64,000 nucleotides of DNA from Octopus sinensis (GCF_006345805.1 NC_043000.1:91078001-91142000), one strand, 5' to 3'. Positions 26,236-40,144 are shown, counted from the stretch's first letter. Numbers and translations are program-made. The notes: generated by a model not told the origin, from the sequence alone.

Positions 26236-26937
26236 TGACTCTGCTGTGCATGCGCATTAAGTTTTAATGCTCTACCTTACTTCCGTTGTTTACAGCAGTG
26301 CTTCGAAGGAACCTCTGTGGGGAGTGATAATCTCATTGACCATGCCAGAGAAAGTTGAGCAGATAATCTGCATCAAATTTTGCCAAAAGATTGGTGATAC
26401 CTGCTCAAAGGCAAAGTTTTCAAAAGTTTTCATAGTTCTCGATACAATCAAGATCTTCTGCAACTGAAACCCGAGTGGCCTTTTTGGTCAGCTGAAAGCA
26501 GTTCTAGCACAAACTTGGCAGACACTCGTCTCATACCTTATTCTTTAGTGATAATCGACTGAACTGAACCGTAACTGATAACTGGACTGAACTGATAACT
26601 CATGCTTGGTGATTGGACGATTTCTCCTCATAGCTGCACATCTGTGATGTTTTTCTCAGTTCGTCAATATCGATATTTTTTCGGCCATCTTGGACATGTT
26701 TGAACCACTCATACACTCCTCTGCATACACTTTCTGCAACATTGCGTAGGCCTCTGGAAAGGTATCGCTATGACAACTTTCTCTGTCATGGTAAATGCCA
26801 CGATTCACGCTACACACCTTCTTTCTAAGTGGTACTGTTAACGGCGGAAGTGAGCTGGCGCATTGAAGCATAGTGCGCATGCACAGTAGACATGAAGGTC
26901 AATATGTGCCAAGCGGCACAGATTTAGCTTCGTTACT
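26236..26937. mobile_element. Mariner-derived element built from two oppositely oriented 5' ends
   Basis: Plus strand MPEKVEQIICIKFCQKIGDTC. Minus strand MTEKV...EAYAMLQKVYAEECMS...FKHVQDGRKNIDID. Both carry the upstream TGTGCATGCGCA...CTTCCG..GTT.ACAG sequence. Confidence 0.7.
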
Positions 26938-26972
26938 ATGGAAACAGCCAAGATACGTATAGATCAGCCCTC

Positions 26973-27034
<62 letters not shown>

Positions 27035-27175
27035 GTTATATATATGTATATATGTATATATGTATATATGTATATATATATATATTATATATATATATAT
27101 GGATATATATAAATATGTATATATGTGTGTGTGTGCGCGCGCACATACATACATGAATGCATACATACACACAAG

Positions 27176-27208
<33 letters not shown>

Positions 27209-27532
27209 TATGTATATATATATACATATATATATATATATCTGTATATATACATATTTATACGTATTATATATATATATATGTATATATATATGTGTGC
27301 ATATATATGTAAATGTATGTGTACATATATACATGTGTGTGTTTATACACACACACGCCCATACATTTATGTATATATGCATGTAAGTTTGTGTGTGTAT
27401 ATGTATGTATATATGTATGTGCATGCATTTAGGAAAGAGAGAGCAAGAAGATTAATATAGAAAGACTAGAGAATCAGAAATATCAGACGGAGCTAGTATA
27501 AAAAGAAAATTGATAATCGAGAACATAAAAGA

Positions 27533-27571
<39 letters not shown>

Positions 27572-27658
27572 AAAAAGGAGAAGAAGAAGAAGAAGAAGAA
27601 GAAGAAGAAGAAGAAGAAGAAGAAGAAGAAGAAGAAGAAAGAAGAAGAAGAAGAAGAA
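27533..27658. repeat. (AGT)n-(AGA)n microsatellite
   Basis: Directly visible. Confidence 0.96.
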
Positions 27659-28621
27659 TACTGGATCAAGTGTTGTAGAGTATCTCAGTAAACTAAGAAC
27701 GTGAACATTTGAAATATAAAACACGAAGAAATTAATTCAACCATATCCAGCACAGAAGCAAAGTACGACGTCTAAGAAACGGAAGAATGCTTCAAAACTT
27801 CCTTCGTCTATTTGCCACTCTCCAGTGAGTCTACAACTTCTTCTATACGTAAGGCTGTTTATCCTGAATGGTTAGATACATTGCAGGTTCCTCTAAGCGA
27901 ATGTTACATTGCCGGCACTGTTTTGTTACTGCATATCTGAATTAAAAAATGTCTCCGCAAATGGTTAACGTTTTATATGAATTAATGAATGAATGAATGA
28001 ATAAATAAAAAATAAAAAAAAGACTCCCTTAAAATGCAGGAACATGAATAAGGGCATCGAAAGGGAAGTAAGTACTGTATAACTAGTGAAAGAAAATGAA
28101 ACGATTTTTCAGCTCCGCGAGTTTGTAAATATTCAACGAACGGTCAACAAGATGCAGTTGAAACTCAACGTTTTAACGGGATGTTTCAATATACTTTAAC
28201 TATCAGGTGGAAAAAAATTATGCAACAAAAACTTCGATATGCGCCTGCACGAATTAAATATCACGGTGTATTGTTTCGATGCATGTGGTTCCAAGAATAA
28301 AATGAAGAATTTTTCACTCAACGCAAAGTGCAAATCAGTCTTAAGTGCTCTGAATCACGTATGTGCAATCATAGTCGTCGACAGTTCAGTGGAGTTTTAG
28401 AAGGGTACTGGGTCGGATTTGTTTAAAATCTAAATGCTCATAGATAAAGAAGTGGAAAATATTTTCCTGCTATCCTAAAGAAATCTGCTCATAAAAACGC
28501 ATATTGAATATATTCCCTGGGAATCTAGAGATAATTTATGAAAAGTTTAATTCATTAAATAAAACCGATATCATCTGAACTTTTTCCCCTTGCAACTATT
28601 CCACGATTATACGAGTCTTCT

Positions 28622-31586
28622 GTGATCCAAATGAGAACAAGGAGCCTACAATACTACGATGCTATCTCTGATACCCCTTATTCTGCTTGCTCCCCAACTC
28701 CCGCCCCTCAGACTTCACAGCTCAGCATCGTCTACACCAACTCGTGCTCCTTATTCCCAAAGTTCAGTGAACTATTTACACTGGCCATACGTGACTCCCC
28801 TGATGTGATAGCTATCACCGAAACTTGGCTGACTCCAGCAGTAAAGGACTCAGCAATCCACCTGCAGTGCTACGTCCTTTTCAGATGTGACAGAGGAAAA
28901 AGGCGAGGTGGAGGTGTTGCTGTGTATGTTAAGTCTGAGCACAAACCGTCCAGCGGTATTCTACCCACTAATGCTAAGCCTACAACAAAATTCGATGCCG
29001 TCTATTGCAAGCTGAGCCTATCTGAGTTTTGCCTGCCCGTGTTGGCTGTCTACAGGCCGCCTCTTGCCGACCCCCAGGACGATGCTCATCTACTCGAAGC
29101 GATAAGATTCGTTTCAGCTTCGCATGACTGTTTGGTACTAGGAGACTTCAACGCTCCCACGATCTATTGGCCCGCATCAATTTGTACAACATCTTCCCGG
29201 TTCGGCCAGGCCCTTCTTGACGTGGCTGAAGATTGTTTTCTATCGCAACATGTTGAATATCCGACAAGGCATCGGTCTGGGCAGCAGCCATCTATGCTAG
29301 ATCTGGTATTCTCCCGCTATCCAAGATCAGTGTCAGACGTATCTGTGTGCGCCCCTCTTGCCAAGAGTGATCATGCGGTCCTGAAGTTCGTCATGCACAC
29401 AACTTTTTCTACGCCCACGACTACTTCGCTGCCACGTAGAGTCTTCTCTGCAATTAATCTTGAAATTCTAACCGAGGCTTCCGCGCTTCTGGACTGGCGA
29501 TCCCTGATGACGTTGTCCTCAGTTGACGAACTATGGTCATCCCTCAAAGCATATGTAATCTGTTTGACTGACCAGGCAGTTCCCGTTGGGCTTCCCAAGA
29601 GGAAGAAACACAAGCCCTGGGTGACGAAGAGGGTTAAACGAAAACGTCGACTCAGAGATATTGCTTGAGCTGAATTCAAAAATCTGGATTCGACTGCAGC
29701 TTTTGAGGTGTACAAAACTCAACGAGACCGAGCCGTGAAAATTGAAAAGAAAGAACGCTTCAGTTACGAATACAAAATCGCGGCAAATGCCAGTAGCAAT
29801 CCAAAAACCTTCTTTGCCCATGTCCAGCGGAATTCCCGCTTGAACAACCAGATTGCAACGTTGGTAGACTCAACAGGCGTATCGATTGAGGACCCTTATC
29901 AACAGAGTCAATTATTTGCCGGGGCTTTTTCAACTATTTTCAAACAAGATGATGGTCGTGAACCCCCTCCATTTGATAGATCGGTACCTCCAATGCTTCG
30001 ATTGGTCATCACGCGGGACGAAGTCAAACGTGTTATTCAAGGCCTCGATGTCAACAAGGTCACGGCCCTGACGGCATACACCCACGGGTTATCAAAGCGT
30101 TGGCTCCGGTCATCTGCGAGCCCTTAACACGACTATTCAATATGTCATTGGCGACGGGTGTTATACCTGCAGACTGGAGAACAGCGATAATCTGCCCAAT
30201 TTTCAAGAAAGGAAGCCGCGAAGACCCGCTTAACTACCGACCGGTTTCCCTTACATCAATTAATCAGCAAGATGTTCGAAACCATCCTTAAGAAAAGTAT
30301 AATGCTCCACCTCCTAAACACAGCCTCTATCTCTGATTCCCAACACGGCTTCGTGCCGAAGAGATCATGCTTGACCAACCTACTAGTAATGGAAGAATTG
30401 GTGACGCGCATCCTCGATGATAGTGATGCTGTTGACATCGTTTTACTGGACTTTGCCAAAGCTTTTGACTCGGTAACCACCGCCTATTGCTTGTCAAGCT
30501 TCAAGCATATAGTTTCCATCCGGATATTGTACGATGGGTTTGTCCTTCCTCTCAGATCGCTCCTTCCAAGTCCAAGTTAATGGTTCGCGGTCCGACGTCT
30601 CCAGTGCGAGCAGTGGCGTGCCTCAAGGTTCAGTGCTTGGGCCCTTGTTGTTCTTAGTCTTCATAAATGACTTGCCCGACGACCTCACGCAACACACCCT
30701 TCTATTTGCCGACGATATCAAACTGGTCGCTCCTCGCGGTAATATAGAGGATCTTCGTCGATGCCTCCACCAAATTTGGAAGTGGTCTAACAATTGGGAC
30801 CTGTGTCTGAACGTGTCAAAGTGCTGTCATCTGCCTGTCGGCTCTACTCCTGCAACTCAACTTGATTTCGAGCCGGGTCGTCTGCTGCTGGAGAGGACCG
30901 ATCAGGTAAAGGACATAGGTATCTTGGTGGATTCTCCTCTTTTCGCCTTCGGCCAGTGCGTCCATGCTGCCAACAAAGCACGCGGAATTCTGTTCTTGAT
31001 TCGACGGTCATTCGGAATGCTCACAGCAGCCATATTCCTACCACTCTATGTCACGCTGGTGAGACCCATATTGGAGTATGGGAATCAAGCCTCTTCTCCT
31101 TATCTCCTCAAAGACATACAGCATCTCGAAAGAGTCCAGAAGCTGGCTACCCGCATGGTTCATGGTCTCCAAAATTTGTCCTACGAAGAAAGGCTGAGGA
31201 CGCTCGAACTTTATTCTCTTGAAAAACGCCGCCGCCGTGGTGATCTCATTCTCGCCCACAACATCATAAGCGGAAAGTGTAACCTCTCGAAAGAGATGTT
31301 CTTCATTCCTGCTCCAGAGCGTCGGCTGCGGGGTCATTCCGAAAAAGCTCTACCTGCGACGATTTCATCTCAATCGAAGGAGAGGAGCTTTCTCCGTCTG
31401 GGTTGCGGATCCGTGGAACAAGCTGCCAGACGAGATGGTGAAGATGCCGACGACCGCTTTGTTCAAAGCCTCCCTTGACCTCAAGTGGCCTGAACTCTTT
31501 ACATGAACACCACCCTGTACTTAACTCCATGTCCCCCTACATGGCCTTGCTATTTGCTTTTGAGCCAAATTAACTAACTAACTAAG
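28622..31586 (+). mobile_element. CR1-clade LINE, ORF2 (APE endonuclease plus reverse transcriptase), disrupted; 3' tail (TAAC)n
   Basis: EN motifs YTN.CSL, AITETWL, GGGVAVYV, VYRPP, LGDFN, LDLV, SDH. RT motifs NYRPVSLTS, SQHGF...RSCLTNL, LDFAKAFDSV, GVPQGSVLGPLLF, FADDIKL. C-terminal RPILEY, LERVQ, RRRRGDLI. Stop at 29666-68 and several frameshifts. TAACTAACTAACTAA at 31571-85. Confidence 0.95.
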
Positions 31587-32419
31587 AATGGAACCCCGAG
31601 AAAACACTGAAATAGGTGTTGAGGCAGACATATCTACTAACTATTGGGTGTCATCTCTTGCTCAAGATGCAAAATGCTAGTACTCCAATATTTTTAGATA
31701 TTTCTTGGAACAACGCCCAACGGTGAAGCAATAGTACACAACAGACACGATGGAGGTGCCAGGCACTTCCACATGTTGAAAGTATAGCTTCATGTCATCT
31801 CATTTCTGATGGCAGAGTAGACCCTCAAATCTTCCGAGCAAATTTGTGAGACTTTAACACCGTCTCTCCAACTGCCTACTCCCGAACAATACTTGAGCAC
31901 ACATCTAAGATTTCAATCGAGTATCCCGCTTACATGGACGAGCAAGATGCTCATTACAAAGCCTGCATGCATTTGATGAAATTCAGCCTTCACACACACA
32001 AGAACAAGCACGCACACACACACACACACACACACACGTACGTACAAACCATCATTAGATTTCTCTTTCCACTTCGATACGCCAACTGACAGTTGACAAG
32101 ACAACACGCGCTCACTGAAATTACTGAGCAGTTTGTTGACAGAATTCGAGTCGAAACGAAAGATTGCCAGTCTGTATCAGTGTACGAAAAAAAAAAACAC
32201 CGCCCCTCTTGCTGCTTATGTATATAGCCACCGTCTTGCGAAATCGATCTTTGGAAATATTGCGTCCCTTTATATCCATAACTTTCCCAAATATCCCTTC
32301 CACAACCACTCTATCTGGGCCCGCAGAAAGACACGCAAGTCCTTGTAGTCAATCAGAAGGAGAGAGAGCGAATGCATCTCGGAAATACAGAATTAACTGA
32401 TGGTCACATCAGCGACGTT

Positions 32420-34300
32420 TCTTGATAAGTGAGCCAAAATCAACACCAAACTTGATGCTGGAAGAGAAAACCACCCCAATTCTCCAAAACAAAGACACCG
32501 TACACCCACAAAATTACAGACCAATAACATTCCTATCAACATCCTACATAGCCCTAACATCAGTCAACTATAACTGGCTTGTAAAGTACCCGGAAAACAA
32601 CAATGTCTTACCAGAACAAAAGGGGTACCGAGGGAGGATGTATAGCTGTAAGGAGCAACTTCTGGTAAACTGAGCAATTATAGAGGACTATAAGAGGAGA
32701 AAGACAAACTTGAACGTGGATTGGCTTGAACATGACTTCCACACTCATGGGTACTGGAATCTCTCTACACATATAAGGTAGCCCCGTCATTACTAAAATA
32801 TATCAAGCACGCAATAGCAAACTGGAAAACTAGTATAACATTTAAAAATGACTCAAAAGTTATTAAAATTTACCCTATACCCATAAGAAGAGGGGTTTTT
32901 CAGGGAGACTCACTGTCACCCCTGTTTTTCTGCCTTTCCATGACCCCGCTAACAAGCTTGTTAAACGAAACCACCATGGGTTATATGTGCTCCGAACAAA
33001 CATAAACCATCTCCTGTACATGGATGACCTAAACCTTTATGCGAAAAGCACCATGGGACAGAGAATCCTTATCAAAATTGTTCAGAGTTACAGTAATGTT
33101 ATCGAAATGAGTATGGGGCTGGACAAATGTGCCGGTTCATACTGAGAAGATGCAAATTATTCAGCACTGAAAACACTGCACTCGACATAGACAGAGAAAT
33201 TAGAGAATTAGGCCACCACCGCCCAGACAGATATCTAGGAATAGAAGAAAAAACTAAAATACAACACACAGAAATGAAAGAGAAAATTAGGAGAGTTAGA
33301 CTAATATTAAACACTGAACTTAATGCTAAAAATAAGATAATAGGGATATACATGCTAGCCATAACAGTCATAAATTACAGCTTTAACATAATAAACTAGA
33401 AGATCAGTGAAATGAGAAACCTAAATAGAAAACCCAGAAAAGTACTAACAGCGTACCGAAGTCACCACCCCAATGCAGACGCAGACGGAATATATCTATC
33501 CTGCTCAGAAGAAGACCGTGGCCTGATACAGAATGAAAACTACTATAAAATTACAACAGTTGAACTAGGGAATTACTTAGAAACAAAGAGGGGAAGCCTA
33601 CCGCATGTAATAAAGCAGCATGAAAAAACAAAACGCTTTTTCTATACACAAGTAGGCGATAAAAATACGAAACAGAAGCAAACTACACTGACACACCGAC
33701 CTCAGATGATAACATAGCAGAAATGGTCAGAGACAAAAAAAAGCCAATCGCCCAGTCATAATAGTCAAGGATTGGGGAAAAAAACACCTGCTTATTGAGA
33801 GGCATTGAAGTCCCTTCTAATCAAAATATTGCCAAAAAAGAAGTGGAGGAATTGTCGAAGTACAAAGACCTCGAAACTGAAGTATTCAAAATGTGGGGCG
33901 TGGAGATGAAAATACACATTGGGCACGATAAAAAGTCATATGAACAAAAATGTAGAAAGTATACCTGGATCCTCAACACTACACGCTATCCAAAAAATAG
34001 CCCTGCTAAGAACAGCCCACATCTTACGCAAAACACTGTCAATCTAGTAATACAACCTAAACAAAACAATCCACAAATACAAGAAACACCCAATACAGCA
34101 TTTATTCAGTGAAATATACCCACCTCAACAAGCCAGAAAATCAAAGCTTTAAACCCTCAACACAATACAAGCAGTAACACAACAAAAGAAAGCACCACAC
34201 CTCAAGGAAAAAGTTAATACAATACAGTACCGGGAAGAGTTCGCAAAACCCATCAGCAGAAAAGAACACACAATGCTGCACACACCTCAATAACTTGGAG
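32420..34300 (+). mobile_element. R4/Dong-clade element, older decayed copy (RT to RLE, internal deletion)
   Basis: NYRPITFL, EQKG, GVFQGDSLSPLFFCL, NHLLYMDDL, GLDKC, RYLGI, HHPNADADGIYL...RGL, ELSKYKDLE. 3' boundary approximate. Confidence 0.88.
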
Positions 34301-34337
34301 GTGCAGCAGGTGATGCAGTAGAAATTTGCCTCAGTCT

Positions 34338-34640
34338 AGAAAAAATAAATAACTATGACGATTTGAAATACGAAGGTTGTGGCCAATGAAGAGAGCAGAC
34401 ATGATACTAATAGTAATTGCTGTACTTGGAATTATCAGCACTCAACTAACAGCGTGGCTGAAAAAGATCGGAGCAAGTGTGAAGGTAAAACATCTACAAC
34501 AAAGCAGCATTGCTTGGAACTGCAAGCATTCTTCGCAGGGTTCTTGAAGTATGACCAGTAAACTAGTGTTACCTCAGTCTGCTGGTTGCGGACAGCTGAC
34601 ACGTTCAATCGTACCCAGCAAAATAAGGTGTGAGTTCTCA
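34338..34640 (+). mobile_element. R4/Dong-clade 3' fragment (second family)
   Basis: EKINNYDDLKYE..LWPMK..., IVIAVLG, AALLGTASILRRVLEV*, then a 3'UTR ending directly in (TAA)n. Confidence 0.8.
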
Positions 34641-34686
34641 TATAATAATAATAATAATAATAATAATGATAATAATAATAATAATA

Positions 34687-36227
34687 ACCATGAAAAGAGG
34701 AAAACTAGTTAAGAGTAACAACATCACACTAGATAAAACCAATGAAATAAAAGAATTAGACCAAAGCCAAACTTACAAATACTTAGGAATCCATGAACTA
34801 GATAAGACACAACACACACAAATGAAAGAGAAAATAAAAAAAGAATATTATAGACGAGTTAGATCAATACTAAAAACAGAGCTCAATGCTAAAAACAAGA
34901 TAATAGGTATCAACACTTTAGCTGTCCCAGTTATAAGTTACAGCTACAATATCCTTAACTGGACACGAAATGAACAGTCCAAAATAGATAGGAAAACAAG
35001 AAAAATACTGACAGGATCTAGGATGCATCACCCAAAATCTGACATAGAAAGACTATATATACAACGTATAGAAGGTGGTAGAGGCCTTATACAGCTGGAA
35101 AACTACTATAAAATAACCACCATAGGACTGCAAAAATATCTAATTCAGAAGGAAGGAAAACTGATCCAGATAGCAGCAAAACACGAGAAAACAAAAAAAA
35201 CTGTTCTCAGTATTTAACGAAGCTGACAAATACAAACAAGAAATCATACCACCTAATAAACACGAAGAAGAAGAAGAAGATGATGAAGAAAACAACAAAA
35301 GCTATAAAACAAATGAAATCCAAACTAAAAATAGAACAGCAACGAACCATGATAAAACGATGGCAAGAAAAGCCCCTTCATGGTAAATACTGCCACTAAA
35401 CTAAACGCAAAAGAAATAGACAAAGAAAAATCCTAGCAATGGTTGAGAAGCTCAGGACTCAAAGCAGAAACAGAGGGATTTTTAATTGCAGCACAAGACC
35501 AAAGCCTCCCCACCAGAAATTACAAAAAACATGTAATGAAAAGAAATATTACAAGTAACTGCAGAATATGTGGAGATGGACAAGAAACAATAAATCATAT
35601 TATCTCTAGCTGCCCAGTCCTGGCTAAGAAGGAATATATTCACACAGACATGACAGAGTTGGAACCTACATACATTGGAAGCTATGCCAACATTATGGAA
35701 TAACAACAGAAAAAAGATGGTATAGGCACACACCAGAAAAGGTCACAGAAAACGAGAAAGCAACCATACTCTGGGATATGCCGATACACACAGATAGAGA
35801 AATTAAGGCCAACAGACCAGATATAGTTGTCAGAGATCATGAAGAAAAAAATGCTTTCTAAGATTGTATCAATACCGGCAGATGACAACGTGTCTCTAAA
35901 AGAAATGGAGAAACTCTCAAAATACAAAGACCTGGAAATAGAGGTAACTAGAATGTGGAATCTGAAAACAGAAACAATTCCTATCATAGTAGGTGCATTA
36001 GGCATGATAAAAAAGTATTCAGACAAATACATAACAAAAACACCAGGACTTACAAACACATATAACATACAGAAAATTGCACTACTAGGCACTGCCACAC
36101 ATCCTACGCAGAACACTTTCCATACAATAACCATCAGAGCATCACAACAAATCACAGCACATACCCAAGGCACACAGAGCTGCGCTCGGTAGTGAAGTGA
36201 AAGCACGCTATAAAATAAAATTACTGA
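34687..36227 (+). mobile_element. R4/Dong-clade element, younger 5'-truncated copy (RT C-terminus, CCHC knuckle, RLE)
   Basis: YKYLGI, INTLAVPVISYS, IDRKTRK, HHPKSDIERLYI.R.EGGRGL, ETEGFLIAAQDQ, CRICG...ETINHIISSC, ILWD, NRPDIV, EKLSKYKDL, PIIVGALG, QKIALLGTA. Flanked by (TAA)n on both sides. Confidence 0.93.
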
Positions 36228-36254
36228 ATTAATAATAATAATAATATAATAATA

Positions 36255-36467
36255 ATAGTTTCAAATTTTGCCACAAGGGCAATTTTGCGGGAGGAGATGA
36301 GTCGCTTACATCGATGCCAGTATTTAACTAGTACTTATTTTATCGACTCCGAAAGGATGAAAGGCATATTCGTCCTCGGCGGAATTTGAAATCAGGACGG
36401 GAAGACGAACGAAATTCCGTTAAGCATTTTGCCCGTCGTGCTAATGACTCTGCGAGCACGCCGCCTT
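36255..36467 (-). mobile_element. SINE family B
   Basis: Reverse-complement head GGCGGCGTGCT and core GAAAGGATGAAAGGC. Confidence 0.8.
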
Positions 36468-38289
36468 TGTGAGCGCAAATATTGCAAGGAATTTTGCTTT
36501 CACTAATTGTCTTCTGTTAGGCTCTCGTTCCGTTAAGTGCAGCTTTCAACCAATATATGGAATGTACACAATCGTCGACGTATCACAATCATAGATTTTC
36601 TTGATATAGGTAATATGATATTAGGTTCTAAATCAGACCACTCTCGAGTGCTGCTGGTAACGTGTCACCCAGTACAACCTGTCACATGGTCGGTTGTCGG
36701 TAACTAAACTGGCAAACCTACCAAGCTTGCTTGGTGAGGAGGAGGAGGATTTAGACACCCCGCAGGAAGAAAAACAAAACCCGTCAAAAGACGGAGGGTC
36801 CCGTAAGGGTCAACGGACATCCAATAATCTGTATTTTGAGAAGTTAATCTCAATGACGAAAAATCTCCGAACCTGGGTCACTGTAAAGGTGTGGTGAGCA
36901 GCATGGCAGATGTGAAGTTAGGCGTATTGATCTTCATTCGTTGAAACTACTCGACGCAATGTATGTGGAAGTACCTTTTCAGCCAACCGTCAATCAAAAG
37001 CCATCCAATCCAGTTAGCAGATGACTGCCAGTCAGTAGTACCGGCGATTCATCAATTCGCTTTAGCTCCATGAAAGCACTATGGAGTTTTTGGAACCTCA
37101 TAGTGTCACCACTCCAAGTTGGAGGACTAGTAGTGATAATAATAAAACCGTAGAAATCTGAAAAATTCTTACCAAATTGTGAAACGTTATTGTTATGAGA
37201 TTGTGACATTCGTATGGCGTTTGGGTTTGACAATTGCGTCAGAGTACTTTCAAAGACAGCTGGCTAATGTAGTCGGTAAAGACTGAAAATCAAAGCTAAC
37301 AGATGCAGAACGCAAGAACCAAATATAGTTGACAGACTAAAAGTATCCCAAATACCGAGATTAAAATGAAACATAAGCACCTTAGAAGTCTCGGTAAAAT
37401 CTAAAGCTTTCATGCTGTAAAATGAAATATTGTATGAGGTAATGAAAAATTCGGAGACAAGAAAAAACACAAAATCATTAACGTTGTTAAACATGATCCC
37501 AAAACTCGCACACATGTCATGCGTATTCCAATTTTCAATGGGAGAGACCTTATACATTTGTAATATAAAAACCATATTTATTGAAGAACACAATGAGACA
37601 GCATTGAAGAAAACAAGATATTCTACAACAAGAAGCTGCTAAACACGAGAAAAAACAAAATGTTGCGCTCAATAAACATAGAAGTAGAATGCTATTTAGC
37701 GGAAATTGGTAGTTCACCCACAAATTCCCCAATAAGTGCAAAAATATAGACAATACGCTAATCATGTATGCACGGTAGAAAGGACTGATACAACAAAACA
37801 ACTTACATAATTTTATATAGTAACACACGTGTGCACATGGAAGTATGCATATATATATATGTTCGTTGTTCGTATGTGTCTACATAGATACACGAGTATA
37901 CACTCATATACGCATGTGTGCTTGTATGTATCTGTATATACATATAAGTGTGCACATGGCAGGTATATTTTGCGGCCATTAAATTTTATTTTATTCTGAA
38001 CATAGAAAACTAAATATCAGTGGAGACGGTAAACTTAGGCAATGTTGACTGTGACAGTTACAGCTTAGTAAATTTATCTTTTTTTTCTAGTGCGTGCGCG
38101 TGTATATGTGTGCGCGTGTGTATGTGTATGTGTGTGTATGTGTTTTACTTTATGTGAGTCGATGAGTGCTATAACTTAATCGCATGATCACATGTATGCA
38201 TTTCAACTGGCACCCAAAAATGCCTATGCACATATATGTATGTTTGTAGGATGTATGTTTATAATGTATACACACACACACACACACAT

Positions 38290-38377
38290 ATATATACATA
38301 TACGTAATATATGTAATGTATATATGTTATATATACGTATGTATATAAATATATATATATATATATAATATATATAT

Positions 38378-38408
<31 letters not shown>

Positions 38409-38461
38409 ATATGTATATATATATATATATAATATATATATTATATATATTCTATATATAT

Positions 38462-38524
<63 letters not shown>

Positions 38525-38529
38525 ATATG

Positions 38530-38593
<64 letters not shown>

Positions 38594-38610
38594 CTATGTA
38601 TATATATATG
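38290..38610. repeat. Long (TA)n-rich tract
   Basis: Directly visible. Confidence 0.96.
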
Positions 38611-39139
38611 CACACATTCATATATACTTATATGCATACTTAGATAAAACTTTTTAAGCAGACTTTATAACTATTTCCTCAATCTACTTTGCGTTGATAG
38701 TAACAACTAAAACACCAACAGATCAACAAAATGGTGAAGAGATGGTAGGGTAAGGGTGATAGTTTTTTTTTCAGTGTGCCGCAGTCAGAACGACAACATT
38801 AGCCTAGACCGAATTTCAGAAACAATATATAATATATATGGTAGACTAACAGTGGTAAAAATATTAAACAAATAGTAACTACAAGGAATGTATAAGAAAA
38901 TAACAAAAAATATATCAGGAAAAAGTATTAATGATTATAATGGTGATGATGATTATGTAAATAATAATGATAATAATAATACTAAAACACTAACGATTAT
39001 AACGACTGTTAAACAGAAGAAAGGACAATAACATCAACAACAACGACGAAGACAAGGCCACTACCATTAAGAAGAACCTGCTACATCGAAAAATGTATTA
39101 GAAAAAATTGAAGATAACAGAAATTTAGAAAACCACCAT

Positions 39140-39233
39140 TACTACTACTACTACTACTACTACTACATTGAACACAACAAATACTAATAATAATGATGTC
39201 GATGATCATGATAATGATAATAACAATGATATA

Positions 39234-39300
<67 letters not shown>

Positions 39301-39524
39301 TAATAATAATAAAGATGATGATGTTGATGATGACAACAAGAACAAGAAGAACGAGAAGAAATAGGCAAAGAAAATAAGTATAGTGAAAAAAATTAACCAA
39401 AAGGAACTACTACTACTACTACTACTTACTACTACTACTACTACTACTATTACTACTACATCGACCACAACAAATAATAATAATGATGATGACGATGATC
39501 ATAATGATAATAACAATAATGATA

Positions 39525-39620
<96 letters not shown>

Positions 39621-39717
39621 TAATAATAATAATAAAGCTGGTGATGATGACAGCAAGAACAAGAACAACGAGGAGAAGTAGGCAAAGAAAATAAGTATAG
39701 TGAAAAAAATTAACCAA
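39140..39717 (+). repeat. Tandem duplication of a ~270-310 bp trinucleotide-rich unit
   Basis: (CTA)n...(AAT)n...AAGAACAAGAA.AACGAG.AGAA.TAGGCAAAGAAAATAAGTATAGTGAAAAAAATTAACCAA occurs twice. Confidence 0.9.
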
Positions 39718-40144
39718 GAGAAACGTCAAGTCTGTCTGGCTTTCCACCTGACAATATTTCAACATTCCTTAAAAGCTACCATTTCTCCAGAGTTATTATA
39801 TGTGCTGCCTTCAAATTTACATGAAATTTTACAATGCAACAAATGGCCTGGCTGGAAGCCAAACCATGTACTCTGGGACACATGTTGTTTTAGTTGAATT
39901 TGTTTTTGTTATTGTTATTGCTGTTTTCTTTTCTGTTGTTGTTGTATTGTTGGTTATTCGTTATTTGCTTTTGTCTTATATACACAAACACACAATGTAT
40001 GTCATAAGTGTGCAGCTGTGTACGTGAGTGTGAGTGTGTGTGTGTGTGCTTGCGCGTACGTGCACACGCGTATGTGTTTGCGTGTGTACTTCTTTGTGTG
40101 AGTTTAAGTACTATTAGGCACATCAAATTTATATAGACAGTGTG

